A stretch of 64,000 nt of DNA from a virus: positions 14,222-78,221 of the IMG/VR virus record IMGVR_UViG_3300031470_000033; one strand, 5' to 3'. Within the stretch, counting starts at the first letter, position 1. Every line of letters starts with the position of its first letter. The notes beneath the pieces are model-generated. The model was not told the origin of the DNA. It saw only the letters and a program-made list of their open reading frames with translations, and did no database searches. Below, in pieces: positions 17,853-28,600 of this stretch. Made by a program: the position numbers and the translations under genes.

Positions 17853-19502
17853 CTAGTAGCGCGAGTCGGTTGTCCAGCCTGGCCCGTCCGCGTTGCCTGC
17901 GTACGGGTTAGCGCCGTACGGGTCGTTCATGCCATCGACGCCGTAGCGGTCGTCCACGGTGTGCGCTGAAACGCCGAGTTGGTCGGCAAGACTCACCAAC
18001 TCAGCAGCGGGCGGTGCAAACAAACGCGCCTGTTCACAGATAGCCGCGGCCATGACGATATCATCGTGATTATTGCCAGAGGCTTCGGTACTGCCATTCT
18101 CGTTGCGAATGTAGGTCCGCGCCTCACGGATAGTGGCGCGGTTACGCCATGGACGCAATTGGGTGAACGTTTCCCCCAGCGCGTCTATCAGAATAGCTTT
18201 TGTGCGGGAATTGGTCGGATAGCCATACCGCTCAGTCGCGCCCGTGGCGTCGTAATCCATGTGAGCGTAGAGATTGGGATAGTCTTGAATGCTCATCAAC
18301 GCCAGGAGCACAGCGGGGCCAGGTGTATTGCGCTCGACCGCAAGGTACGCGTTATTGTAGAACGCGCCCAGCGTAGCTAACTGCGTCGCAAACTCTTGGG
18401 GGGTGGCATGGTTGTGGAGTGTGGCGACATCCAGGCCCGTATGGTAGTCCATCACCACAGCGGCGCTATAGTCGCCCTTCAACAACCCTTCGGCTGTATC
18501 CGCGCCAATCACGTAGCGCCCCATCTCGGTCGGCTCGGCCCATATCTCAAGGTCGCCGTTCCACATGGTACGGATAGGGTCCGTGCATTGAGCGAGGATG
18601 GTATCAAGTGCCGCGATGTCAAAGCGTGGGCGGCCTGACAAGATAAACGCCTCTTCGGGCGTCGTGGGCAGCTCCTGTGCAATCTGCCAACTGGAGTAGC
18701 CACGCGTCGCCCCCTCATACCACGCCTGGTCCCGCCCCGGCCGCACATGCCACGGCAGGAACGTGGGGTGCATCCCCTCACCGTTAATGGCGAGGTCCCA
18801 TTGGCGTGCAAAGAAATTACCCGCGCCGTTCGCCGTAGACAGGGCAACAATCTTGTTACCGCCCGAGCGTGCGGCCGGTGACGCCGCTGTGTAGACAATA
18901 TCAGACCACATCATATGCGCCATCTCATCAAGGATGAGCACCTGCGCGTTGAAGGAACGGCCAGCGCCTGGCGAGGTCGGCTTGGGGATGATACGGCTGC
19001 GGTTCGTCAACTTGAGCGTGGACGTAATGTTCGGGTTAATGACCGGCACCTTCACGTCGTCGGGCAGGTAGTCGTAGGCGATGCGGCACTTTGACAGGAC
19101 TTCGTTCGCGGCGTCCTGATCCTTCGATAGAATGATGATGGTCCAGGCCGGGAACGTGATCGCGCAATACACGGCGATAGCCGCGACCGTCTCGGTCATG
19201 CCCAACTGCCGCGCCTTGAGGATGATGTTCTCGCGGTACAGCCAAAAGGAGCGGATGAACTCTTCCTGGTAGGGAAAGAGTTTGAAGGGAATAACGCCTT
19301 GACCACGGTCGCCGAGCAGTTTGCAGTACGCATTAATCCACGCGATGCAGTGGTCCGCGCGCTCGTCGGGCGTCAGTTCGGCTTTAGGCGTCGTCTGTGC
19401 GCGGCGGCGCATCTCCATGAGAGCTTCCGCTCGCAACTGCAAGGGGGTCTTCCCCAGCGGCGATGCGTGCGAGCTGGTCATCGGTGAGGGTGGATACATC
19501 AA
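17853..19502 (-). CDS. terL: Terminase large subunit
   Basis: IILKARQLGMT Walker A, LILDEMAH Walker B, STANG coupling motif, VIGADTAEG..GDYS and HDDIVMA nuclease motifs; exact start uncertain. Confidence 0.95.
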   Translation of the reverse strand: MMYPPSPMTSSHASPLGKTPLQLRAEALMEMRRRAQTTPKAELTPDERADHCIAWINAYCKLLGDRGQGVIPFKLFPYQEEFIRSFWLYRENIILKARQLGMTETVAAIAVYCAITFPAWTIIILSKDQDAANEVLSKCRIAYDYLPDDVKVPVINPNITSTLKLTNRSRIIPKPTSPGAGRSFNAQVLILDEMAHMMWSDIVYTAASPAARSGGNKIVALSTANGAGNFFARQWDLAINGEGMHPTFLPWHVRPGRDQAWYEGATRGYSSWQIAQELPTTPEEAFILSGRPRFDIAALDTILAQCTDPIRTMWNGDLEIWAEPTEMGRYVIGADTAEGLLKGDYSAAVVMDYHTGLDVATLHNHATPQEFATQLATLGAFYNNAYLAVERNTPGPAVLLALMSIQDYPNLYAHMDYDATGATERYGYPTNSRTKAILIDALGETFTQLRPWRNRATIREARTYIRNENGSTEASGNNHDDIVMAAAICEQARLFAPPAAELVSLADQLGVSAHTVDDRYGVDGMNDPYGANPYAGNADGPGWTTDSRY

Positions 19503-19887
19503 TGTTCACGTTTGCCTGAATAACTGTCTTATCGAGCCCAAGCATCTTCCGACGTTCCTTCGAGACGGCTAAGGCCACGGCGATGGACTGTACGTCGCCA
19601 TACTCGGCTCTCGTTGAAAGGGCGCGCAGCATACTATCGTAGCGCGCCAACTCTATATCGACGTAGGCCCCGGCCTCGGCGGCTTTCTCAGCCTGCACGA
19701 GCGCGAGCACGGCAGCGAGATCCTGACGTATTTGCTCGTGACTCACGCCGAGTTGAGCGCCAATGTCACGCAAAGACCAGCCGCAGCGGCGCATCTCCCA
19801 CGCGTCGTGCTGACGCGTGGCGACCTTCTCAGCCGTGCCAGGGGGGTGATTTTGTTTCCGCGCCATTGTCAACCTGCTATATGTCAA
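19384..19887 (-). CDS. terS: Terminase small subunit
   Basis: N-terminal HTH (RRCGWSLRDIGAQLGVSHEQI), coiled region, RRKMLGLD motif; directly upstream of and overlapping terL; possible start 19866. Confidence 0.75.
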   Translation of the reverse strand: MTYSRLTMARKQNHPPGTAEKVATRQHDAWEMRRCGWSLRDIGAQLGVSHEQIRQDLAAVLALVQAEKAAEAGAYVDIELARYDSMLRALSTRAEYGDVQSIAVALAVSKERRKMLGLDKTVIQANVNIDVSTLTDDQLARIAAGEDPLAVASGSSHGDAPPRTDDA

Positions 19888-20294
19888 GTGGTTTTGCGTT
19901 CTTCAAAGTGCAGCCGCCCGAGGGGAGCCGTTTAACGGCTCCCCCCCATCCACAACGCCACAGGGCGAACGGCGGCTTATGGTTCAGCGCACGCCATACC
20001 CCTGCGCCTGCCTCTGTTGGGCAAGCGAGAGCGGGACTCTAACTCCCACGAGCGGCGCACGCTGTGTTTGGAAGCAGGCTGCGGGCGCCGTTGTCCCGCG
20101 CTGAAAGGAGGGCAGCGCGGCGGTCGCCCGCTCATGCAATGCAGCCAGTCGCAGATTGATGTGGCTTAACGCGCCGCAAACCACGGGGTTTTAACCCCGG
20201 TGGGTAGGCGCGATGTCCATCTCAGCCGCGCGCAGGCGGTCGCTCGTCCCATCCTCATCCGTGCCCGTCTCGGGGTCAGGCGTGTCGCCCACGC

Positions 20295-20774
20295 TCACAC
20301 CCCTTCTGTTGCCGTCACTGTCTCGCGTGGCCCAATACCCACCCGCATGAGGTCCTCGCACACGCTACACACACGCTTGCAATAGTGCGGGCCTTGCACC
20401 GTAACGGACGAATAGGCGGGCAACCAGTCGCATAACTCACACCACCTATCATCGTGGTAGCGCGACCTGATCGACTGATAGAACAACTGCGCCCACGACG
20501 CGCGGCCCTCAAACAGGGCGCGTTGCAGCACCGGTTCATCGGGGATGCACGACGCCTTGAACTCAGCATTGCGATGGCAGCGATAGGCCATCTCAATGAG
20601 GTCGCGCGCCGCCTTGTCTTCAAGGTCAGGGTGCATCTCGCGCACGAGGGGTAGCCAAACGGCGACCGTGGCGCCGCGCTGAATCATCCCGATGATGCCG
20701 CGCATCATCACGACGCCGGGAACAATGCGTTCACGCGTGGCCGCGCTAGTGTCCATCGTCCACGGCCTTAACAC
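20295..20774 (-). CDS. Hypothetical protein with C-terminal CxxC-CxxxC zinc ribbon
   Basis: 159 aa, CELC and CKRVCSVC. Confidence 0.5.
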   Translation of the reverse strand: MLRPWTMDTSAATRERIVPGVVMMRGIIGMIQRGATVAVWLPLVREMHPDLEDKAARDLIEMAYRCHRNAEFKASCIPDEPVLQRALFEGRASWAQLFYQSIRSRYHDDRWCELCDWLPAYSSVTVQGPHYCKRVCSVCEDLMRVGIGPRETVTATEGV

Positions 20775-21004
20775 GCCCCCGGTCGCCCATGATCGGCCTC
20801 ATCATCCCACAGTCTCGTCACTCAACATCCACCGTTATCGCTTTCGCGCGCGCCTTATCGCCGACAATTGGAATTTCATGTTTTAGCATAAACGATTTGC
20901 TTATTGTGACAAATAACAAGCGAGTATTGAGCTAAAATGGTATAATAAGGTAGGTAAATAGAAATGCTGGGCGGTGCGTCAACACCCCCAGCAGTGCCAC
21001 AGAG

Positions 21005-21553
21005 ATGGGAGTCTCCATGGACCTCAATGATACAACATCGGCCTGCGCTCAACGGTTAATCGCAAAGCTACAACGATACACCATAATAACCCCGACCTGC
21101 CACCATTACACAGGCGTCCTTAGCAAGAAGGGGTATGGCTATATCAACACATGTGACTATTCAAGCGGAAAGAGGAAGACAATCAATGCCTTTGCCCATC
21201 GCATAGCGCATGAATTAGCCCATGGCCCAATCCCCAACGGGCTATGTGTTCTGCACACATGCGATGTCCCATGCTGCGTCAACCCTATGCACCTAACGCT
21301 AGGGACAAACGACGACAATATTAGGGACATGATGCGCAAAGGAAGGTCTAGCAAGGGCAAGAAACGTCCTAACGCCGCTGTTGTGCGCGGGGAGCAACAC
21401 GGCGAAGCCAAGCTAAACAACAACGTCGTTTTAACAATTCGGGACATGGCCGCTAGCGGGGTGCGCGGATGCGACATAGCGCAACAGTTGGGCATTTCGC
21501 GTCAAACCGTGTCAAAAATCGTCTTACGGCAACAATGGAAGCATCTCCCTTAG
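21005..21553 (+). CDS. HNH homing endonuclease with C-terminal HTH
   Basis: AHRIAHE...VLHTCDVPCCVNPMHLTLGTNDDNIRDM; GEQHGEAKLN tail; own AT-rich promoter region (TGGTATAAT near 20938). Confidence 0.85.
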   Translation: MGVSMDLNDTTSACAQRLIAKLQRYTIITPTCHHYTGVLSKKGYGYINTCDYSSGKRKTINAFAHRIAHELAHGPIPNGLCVLHTCDVPCCVNPMHLTLGTNDDNIRDMMRKGRSSKGKKRPNAAVVRGEQHGEAKLNNNVVLTIRDMAASGVRGCDIAQQLGISRQTVSKIVLRQQWKHLP

Positions 21554-21843
21554 CGAGACTCCCCGCGCAGTGGCGCCAGGACGCGCGCCCGCTCTAACGG
21601 CGTGTCGCACGCGGCCAGGAGCGCGGCCTGCTCCGTGTACTGGCGGTGGGCGTTCGTGGCCCGTACAAGGGCGCGACGCGCGGCGGTCGGGTCATGGCCG
21701 TTGCGCAGAACGCCCGCAAGCAGATCGAGCTCGGCCGGGTCGCCCCAGGTAGGCGGCGGCGCGGCCTGGTAGTAGCGCCGGCCAAACGAGGATGAGGCAG
21801 GCAGAGACATGGCCTGACCTCCACCACGACGCCGACACAACAA
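21550..21843 (-). CDS. Hypothetical protein
   Basis: GGAGG RBS before MSLPASS (about 21810). Confidence 0.4.
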   Translation of the reverse strand: MLCRRRGGGQAMSLPASSSFGRRYYQAAPPPTWGDPAELDLLAGVLRNGHDPTAARRALVRATNAHRQYTEQAALLAACDTPLERARVLAPLRGESR

Positions 21844-21844
21844 G

Positions 21845-21883
21845 ACGCCCCCGCGACCTGTGTAGTAGAGGTCGCGGGGGCGT
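21845..21883. terminator. 15-bp inverted repeat, terminator-like
   Basis: ACGCCCCCGCGACCT-N9-AGGTCGCGGGGGCGT. Confidence 0.55.
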
Positions 21884-22077
21884 TGTATAACGGGTAAAAA
21901 GGCAACAGGGCGTAATTATCCACCCCCAGCATACGGGAGAAAAACAGCGATTTGCGGCGTTTGCGCGCATACGCAAAAAGTGGGGGCGTTGTAGCCGTAG
22001 GAGGGAGAAGGCCAGGGAATGAAAAAGGGATGGCCTGGAGCCCTGGAAACTTTCAAGGCCATCCCGTCCGTCGCCAT

Positions 22078-22151
22078 CCGCCCGTAGCTCAGTGGATTAG
22101 AGCAAACCAATTCGCATGGGGAGGCCGTGGATTCGAGTCCCACTGGACGGA
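22078..22151 (+). tRNA. Degenerate tRNA-like element, anticodon loop centred on UCG (Arg-like), probably not a functional decoder
   Basis: Acceptor CCGCCCG/TGGACGG (one mismatch), TA-GCTC-AGTGGATTA-GAGC D arm, loop ATTCGCA on a 3-bp stem, TTCGAGT T loop with A53-C61 mismatch; no CCA. Confidence 0.6.
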
Positions 22152-22276
22152 TGCCTGTTTCATTTTACATGCAATCGTGCGTTTTGGTCAACTATTTGGG
22201 TTGACGAGGCGCGCTGAACATCCTCATGCGAGCGCGGACTGGTCCGCTCGGTCGCGTGAACGACGCTGGGAGAAGG

Positions 22277-22939
22277 TCAACCTGCCTCATCCATGTCGTC
22301 GCCGCGGCTCGTCATCAGCGCCTCCACGATAGCGGAGGGTGGCACAATGCCGATGTAGAGCGTACGAAAATGCAGGCGAGCGCGCTCTAAACGACGGGTC
22401 ACGGTTGAATCGGTCACATGTAGATGCGACGCGATGACCTTTTGCTGGATGGCAGTCCGGCGCCCGAAGGAGAGCAGACGCTGTGCCAACGTTTCCTCGC
22501 CCTGCGCGGGATCGCCCGGCGCTGCGGCGTCGTCGTCGAGCGGATAGGCCAGGACGAACGCGGCGAAATCGTCAGGGTACACTTGGGCCATCAGGTCATA
22601 CGCGCGCCGGACAGAAAAGCGGTCCACCTTGCGCATCAGGGCATCCTTGACCGTCACGTCGTAGACGTGGCTGCCCTCGTGCATCTGCTCCGTCATCGCA
22701 AAATAGGTCACCTCCGGCCGGTCAGTGTTGCGGTACGCGTCGCCTATTTCCGCGCCCACGCGCCGCGTGCGCTCGTCTGTAAATGCCTTCTGTTTGCCAA
22801 AGTTGACCGCACGGCGATCTAGACACGGTTTACACTCACACGACGGCGCGTGAAAAACACCCTTCGTCGTCACACGCGGTCGGGTGCTCTGCGGCCCACT
22901 CGCATACACGGAGCGGTGGTTCTGTGCTTTGCTTCCCAC
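22277..22939 (-). CDS. Putative late transcriptional activator (sigma70 region-4-like HTH)
   Basis: C-terminal QKVIASHLHVTDSTVTRRLERARLH; N-terminal CECKPC; located upstream of terminase genes. Confidence 0.6.
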   Translation of the reverse strand: MGSKAQNHRSVYASGPQSTRPRVTTKGVFHAPSCECKPCLDRRAVNFGKQKAFTDERTRRVGAEIGDAYRNTDRPEVTYFAMTEQMHEGSHVYDVTVKDALMRKVDRFSVRRAYDLMAQVYPDDFAAFVLAYPLDDDAAAPGDPAQGEETLAQRLLSFGRRTAIQQKVIASHLHVTDSTVTRRLERARLHFRTLYIGIVPPSAIVEALMTSRGDDMDEAG

Positions 22940-23287
22940 GAGGCGATCTCCTCTCGGAGTACAGGGCGCGTCTCAACTGGCGCGCCGTCTGCCCTCAGCA
23001 TAACGACAGGCTATGATTAGCGCCACATACTATATCGCAATCGCTATGCAAGGGTGAAAGGACGGCCGCGCCGTGTGCACGACGGTGTCGGAGGGGCTCT
23101 CCTTCGTATCCTTGCTCAACCGGCAGACCCAATCAAACAGGTTCATCGTTCCTCTCATGGTTATCGTCCTTCAGGATGCTACTAGCACGCGATAGGGACG
23201 TTGGACCAGGATGCGATGTCGCGTCGCGCCAACAGGCCGCCGACGGCGAGCGCCCCTGTCTTCCTTGTTGCCCTCTCCCTCGTGCGC

Positions 23288-23536
23288 TTATCGTACGACC
23301 TCATGGCCGTGTTCACTTAGGGCGATGATATAGGGCGTCTTCGGGTTTACCCTGTCCGACAACCGCTCGCGTTTCGGTTTCACCGCGTCGATATGCATCG
23401 TCACGAGTGGCTCACCGCAGGCGGAACACTCGACGTGGTAGGCCGCACCATCACGCGCCGCACCCTCGATCTCGGCAAGGGCTATAGGGAGCGCCACGTT
23501 ACGGCAGTAATCGCAATAGAGCCTAATGTACAACAC
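23288..23536 (-). CDS. Small zinc-ribbon protein
   Basis: CDYC and CSAC pairs. Confidence 0.5.
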   Translation of the reverse strand: MLYIRLYCDYCRNVALPIALAEIEGAARDGAAYHVECSACGEPLVTMHIDAVKPKRERLSDRVNPKTPYIIALSEHGHEVVR

Positions 23537-23582
23537 GGTGTGTCCTCCTTGCTATCGACCCCGCCTCGCTCCGCACCAGGCG

Positions 23583-24092
23583 TTAGCGGGGCGTGTCCGT
23601 CCGCTCGCCCCCGGCGCGGGCCTCGGTCAGCCCGCGCTCGGCCTCAACCTGTCGCGCCACGGCCTCAGCCTCCCGCACGACGGATGCGGGCGCGCGTTCA
23701 TGCCGCGCCTGCCAGCGCGCCCAGAGCCCCAGGACATCGCGCCTGGCAAACACGAGCCCGCCCAGCGCGCCCAGAAAGCACACAGCGGCGGGCGCGACAG
23801 TTGCGCCGTACCCGAGGGCAGACAGCGCGCAGCCACATCCGAGCGCCACGGCAAGGAGGAACCACAGCAGGTCGCCATCCGCGCGCGTCAGACCCAATCG
23901 CCGCATCGTTTCGCCCATAGCCGCGTGCCCATCCGCTAGGATGTCGCGCAGCATCACGGGCAGTACCCAGCGCACAAAAGGACGCGGCTCTCCGCTTTGA
24001 CGCGTCCACCGCGCCCGTCGCGCGCGTCTGCGGAACATCATCCGCGCCTGTCGTTGCCGTACCTGTCGCATAGTATCACTCTCCTTCATCAC
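23583..24092 (-). CDS. Membrane protein, last gene of conjugation cluster
   Basis: Two hydrophobic segments; 6 nt from upstream VirB6-like gene. Confidence 0.55.
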   Translation of the reverse strand: MMKESDTMRQVRQRQARMMFRRRARRARWTRQSGEPRPFVRWVLPVMLRDILADGHAAMGETMRRLGLTRADGDLLWFLLAVALGCGCALSALGYGATVAPAAVCFLGALGGLVFARRDVLGLWARWQARHERAPASVVREAEAVARQVEAERGLTEARAGGERTDTPR

Positions 24093-24098
24093 ACAGCG

Positions 24099-25685
24099 TC
24101 ATAGCCAGCCGGGCGCGAGGGCGCGGGCTTTGCCGCGCGCCCTGGTCGCCGCGGCCAGGGCCGGCGTCGCCATGATGTTCAGAGCGCGCCCGCCGCCACC
24201 GCCGACGCGCGCTACCGCTTCCGTCGTCAACTCCGGCGCCGCCAGCAACACAGCCACGAGCGCCACGCCCGCCGCCACGTGCACCAGCGGATTGTTGAAC
24301 ACGTCGTGCGGGTCCGTGCCCCCGGTCAACGCAAACACGAAAGCCACGCCCGCGCTTATCTCGATGACATACACCAGCGGCAGCGCCGTCAACGCCGTGA
24401 TGCTTTTGGCCCACCACGCGAAGACCGGACGTGTCGCCGGCAGCAGCACGAGCGGAATACACAACGGCGCGATGACGTAGAGCGCCACCAGGAGCACGAA
24501 TGTCCCGATACGTGTCAGCAGCATGATGCCGAACAGCACGACCATAATCACGAGCAGGACCAACGACACGAGGACGCCCAGCGTGAACTTTGCCAGGCTG
24601 GCTGTGTCGTTTTTGTCGATGGTGGTGAGCTTCGTCAAGGCGTCGTTGAGGGGCTTCAAGGCATCTTTGCCGATATAGGTGACGGCCTCCTGTATCCAGG
24701 TCCACACGCTATGCTCCACCGTCGATAGAATCGAGGCGTACCAATACACGAGGATGATCTCGCCCGCCAGGATCAGCACGGCACGCGCTGGCCTGAGCCG
24801 AAACAGGTCCACGACGTAGGCGACGACGCGCATGGACACCAGCACGCCCAACGCCGCTTTGCCGAACAGCATAAAGTAGCGCAGGAACGTGTTGAGCGGG
24901 CTGTACTGCGCGCCCGTCAGGTCGGGTTGATGCAGGATGGCCGGCACGATCCCGCCCGCGAGCGCCGTGCGCCCCCCCGCCTGGAGGTGATTCCACCACG
25001 ACAACGACCCCATCAGCAGCGACCCCATCAGCGCGCCCATGTCGATACACTGGTTGCCAAAGACGCAGAACACACCAGGCTTGTTGCCCGGCCCTGGCGG
25101 ATTCTGCACCTCCACTGCGCCCTGCGCGACTTTTGGCCCGAGGTCCTGGCCACCAAACACATCGCGTAGTGTGTGCGCCTCGATGACGTATGTGCCCGCT
25201 TTCGTCTGAGGAGGCAGGGCGCCCCGCCACGTCAACTCGCCGCGGGCGTCTGTCTTAGCCTTGTTTCCTGGGTCAGGCAGGGGTCCGTCAATCGCTTGGC
25301 CATCAGTCTTCGGGCCACCTGTCAGGTCCAACTCTAGCGACGCGTTCGGTGGCAGGTTGTGGCCAACCACGGTGATCGGTGGATTATTGTCTGCAGAGAA
25401 GGTCAATGGACTTGGCCGCACATCGAGTGTGCCGGCGTGGGGCCGCTCCGTTGCCGTCGCCACAGGCGTGTACGTCGGCCGCTCTGTTGCCGTCGCCTGC
25501 GGGGTGTACGTCGGCAACGGGGCCTGGGGCGTGTATGTCGGCAACGGGGCCAGCGTGGGCACGGGCGGGGCCGGGGCCGGGGAGGACGCTCCCCACGCGA
25601 GCGCGGGAAAAAGCACCACCACGAGGCCCGCGACTGCAAAGGTGAGGTGCGTCAGGCGGCGCGACAGCGGAGGACGCGTTCTCAT
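24099..25685 (-). CDS. VirB6/TrbL-like polytopic T4SS membrane protein with signal peptide, PTYTP repeats and an Ig-like domain
   Basis: Many hydrophobic segments in C-terminal half (LLTRIGTFVLLVALYVIAPLCI...FAWWAK); overlaps virB4 stop. Confidence 0.7.
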   Translation of the reverse strand: MRTRPPLSRRLTHLTFAVAGLVVVLFPALAWGASSPAPAPPVPTLAPLPTYTPQAPLPTYTPQATATERPTYTPVATATERPHAGTLDVRPSPLTFSADNNPPITVVGHNLPPNASLELDLTGGPKTDGQAIDGPLPDPGNKAKTDARGELTWRGALPPQTKAGTYVIEAHTLRDVFGGQDLGPKVAQGAVEVQNPPGPGNKPGVFCVFGNQCIDMGALMGSLLMGSLSWWNHLQAGGRTALAGGIVPAILHQPDLTGAQYSPLNTFLRYFMLFGKAALGVLVSMRVVAYVVDLFRLRPARAVLILAGEIILVYWYASILSTVEHSVWTWIQEAVTYIGKDALKPLNDALTKLTTIDKNDTASLAKFTLGVLVSLVLLVIMVVLFGIMLLTRIGTFVLLVALYVIAPLCIPLVLLPATRPVFAWWAKSITALTALPLVYVIEISAGVAFVFALTGGTDPHDVFNNPLVHVAAGVALVAVLLAAPELTTEAVARVGGGGGRALNIMATPALAAATRARGKARALAPGWL

Positions 25686-28600
25686 GACGCTTCCCGCATA
25701 GGGGTCGCGCCATCGGCAGGGGTCGCGGCGTCCGGGAGGTCGGGGAGGTCGGGGAGGTCGGTGGTCCAGCCACGCGCGGCGCGGCGGGCGCGGATCGCGG
25801 CCACCACGCCGGGCCAGAGTCCACCGTGCGCCGCCGTCCAGGCGTCGCGCGCGTCGCGCTCGGCGGGCTGTGTGGTGAACAGCGCCAGGTCCACGTCGGG
25901 GATCTCTAGATTAATTTTCCCGCGCTTGGCGATGCTGGAGCGTTGCGAACGCACGATCAGGTACGCCTGGGCGTAGCCGTCCGCGGACGCGTCAGGGGGG
26001 ACGACATGCAGGCCGGGCAGCTCGCCCGCCTCGCGCTCAGTAATCATGAGCGTCCGGGCCAGCCACGCGCTGCCGGCCTCCGCGCCCACCTGTTCGTTGC
26101 GCGTGTTACACACGATAATCACCGGGAGCGTGTTGAGCATGTCCAGGGCGCGCGCGGACGCCTTCATATGCGTGATGTACTGCGTGCCAAAGAACACGCG
26201 CCGGCGCTTGTGCCGGCTCTCCAGCGTGATCGTGCCGATGTGCTCGGCGGCCACGTCGATCACGTGGTGCCCCTCGTCGATCACCTCGACCTCCAGGGCC
26301 GGGCGACCATCGACGCGCCGGAGGTGCGCGCGCGCGGCCGTGCGCAGCTCCATGAGCCCCTCCATGATGCGGAAGGCGGCCACGGCGATTTTGCCTTTGC
26401 AGTGCCGCACATCGAGCACGACCATCGGGGCCAGCACGTCCGCCGTCATCTCCCGATCGGCCAGCGACGCGTAGATACCCTCACCAACGTACTCGGAGAA
26501 CCCGAGCACCATGTTCTCTAATTCAACCTTGCGCGCGGCCGGTACTTTCAGGCCCGTCAGGTGCGCGATCATCTCGCGCTCAAGCGGGTAGAGGTGCTCG
26601 TCGGGGCCGCGTTCGCGGGCGTACACGGCGCGGATCGCCGCCGCCAGCGTAGCGTATTGCCAACTCGTCAGCCGTTCGACCGACTCGCCCCGTCCAAAGA
26701 AGGTCTCGTGCAGGGTGAGCATCTCGGTCACGCGCGCCTCCGCGTTGAGCCGCGCGTAGAGCTGCCACGGGTTGAGCGCCGGCGGCGTCACCCCCCGCTC
26801 CTTATCCAGCAGCGTCAGGTAGGCGCCGCACCAGAGCGCGCACAGGGGCCGGTAGCTCCCCGAGCTGTCGAACACGACGGCCCCGTTGCCCTCGGCTAAC
26901 GACTGTTTCGTGAGCTCATTCATGATGACGGATTTGCCGCTGTTGGGAACGCCGAAGACGCCGACCTGCTGGGTGCCGATGTCCGTAGCGTCGAGGTTGA
27001 GGTAGACCGGCTCCTTGGTGTCCGACGTGACGCCCAGTGGCATCCCCGACGTATGACCAGGGTTGTCCGTGTGGTACGGGAACGTCGTGGCCACGGCCGC
27101 GGTCATGTCCCGCAGCAGATGCAGGTCCCCACCATCGGCGGTGGGCAGCGTGGCCCGGTACAGGTCGAGTTGGTCGAACCAGCCCTGCCCGATGCCGCAC
27201 TTGGCCCCGCGTAGCGCCGCCTTCGCCAGGGCAACGCGCCGGCGCAGCGCGGCGGGCGAATCGGCCAGGACCGTCACGATCAGCGAGATCTGGAAGATAT
27301 TGGTGTCGGGGTCCTCGGTCTCGTCCAGGGTGCGCCGGTGCTCCGCTTCAGCACGCGACAGGCGCACTTTCCGGCCGCCAGTGCGGTCCGCGCGGGTCTC
27401 GTTGAACGCCAGCGCCTTGCCGGCCAAGCGTTCGACACGCCCGGCCTCGCGGGTCTGGTCGAGGCCCGCAATAGTCAACGCGACGCGCGCGTGGGGCAGC
27501 GCCAGCAGGGGCTTGACCCAGCCGGGATAGGCCGTTTGCCGCAGGCGCGTGACGTACAAAGAGCGGGCGTAGCGCACCCCCCACGGTCCCGCGACCCGCA
27601 CGTAGCCCGCGTGTTCGTGCAGGTCGAGCGCCGTGGCGCGCGCGTGCAGCGGGTCCAGGCGCGGCGCGCCGGTCACCACCTGCCGCGGCTCCCGCCCCTG
27701 CGGGGGTGGCTCATCGTGCGTTGGCGCGGCGGCCGTGGACCGCACGAGCAGCGCGGCCATCTCGTCGGGGGACAGGCGTCGGTTGTCCAAGCCCATCGCC
27801 GTGTACAGCCGGCTCACGTCGGTGAGGTAATGCCCGAACTCGGTCCGGCGCTGCTCCTCCACCGCCGCCTTGTCGCGCTGGAAGCGGCTGGCCAGGACCT
27901 CCAGGCCCACGGGCCGGCGCGCTTCCAGCACCAGATAGGCGCGCCGGTCGGGGATGTCCGTCGCGTAGCGCCGGGTGTACCACTCGTTCTCCAGCGCGAG
28001 GAGCGCGGCGGTCGGGCCGTGGCCGGGCAGGCCGCGCTGGCGGAGGTTCAGGTCGGCCAGGGCCGCGTCCCCGCGCACGGCGCGGTTGTCGATGACGACG
28101 CGCGCGCGCTGGCTCGGCGCCAGCAGCGCGGCCGCGTCGGCGAAGAGCGCGAGGATGCGCGCCTGGTCCTCATCGTCACGTCCCGACAGGTTGAGGCCCT
28201 GCACGGCGCGCACCTCCACCAACCGGCCGTCCGGACGCGTGAGCAGCCCGTCCTCGGTGAGGGACAGGCCCGCGCTCGCGTCCGTGGAGCCCGACAGGAC
28301 GCGCCAGGAGGGCGCGGGGGCCGTCAGCGCGGCCCACACAGCCCCGAGGGTTACCAACCCGCGGCGCCCCGCCGCCGTGGCGACCGCCGCGCCCCAGGCC
28401 ACCCACGCGCCGGCCACCGGCGCCCAAGCGCGCCGCGCACCCCAGGCCGGCCGGGCGGGGCGGGGGGGGAGCGCCGGTGGCGCCCAGGACGCCAGGGGGT
28501 TAACGGGAGGGTGCTGGGCGTAGCGATGGCGCCGCAGCACGAACGCCTCAATCTGACGGAGGTAAGGCTCGCGCGCCGTGGTGGACCAGTAGGCCAGCGC

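Noticed and set aside
20015-20110. Second tRNA (CTTCCAA loop and GTTAGAGTCC on the minus strand)
   Set aside because: No D arm or proper anticodon stem; kept only as part of the structured leader
22078-22151. Degenerate tRNA as the att site of an inserted ICE
   Set aside because: I found no duplicate of its 3' end at the other border of the conjugation block (about 37.2 kb), and the block has no integrase of its own
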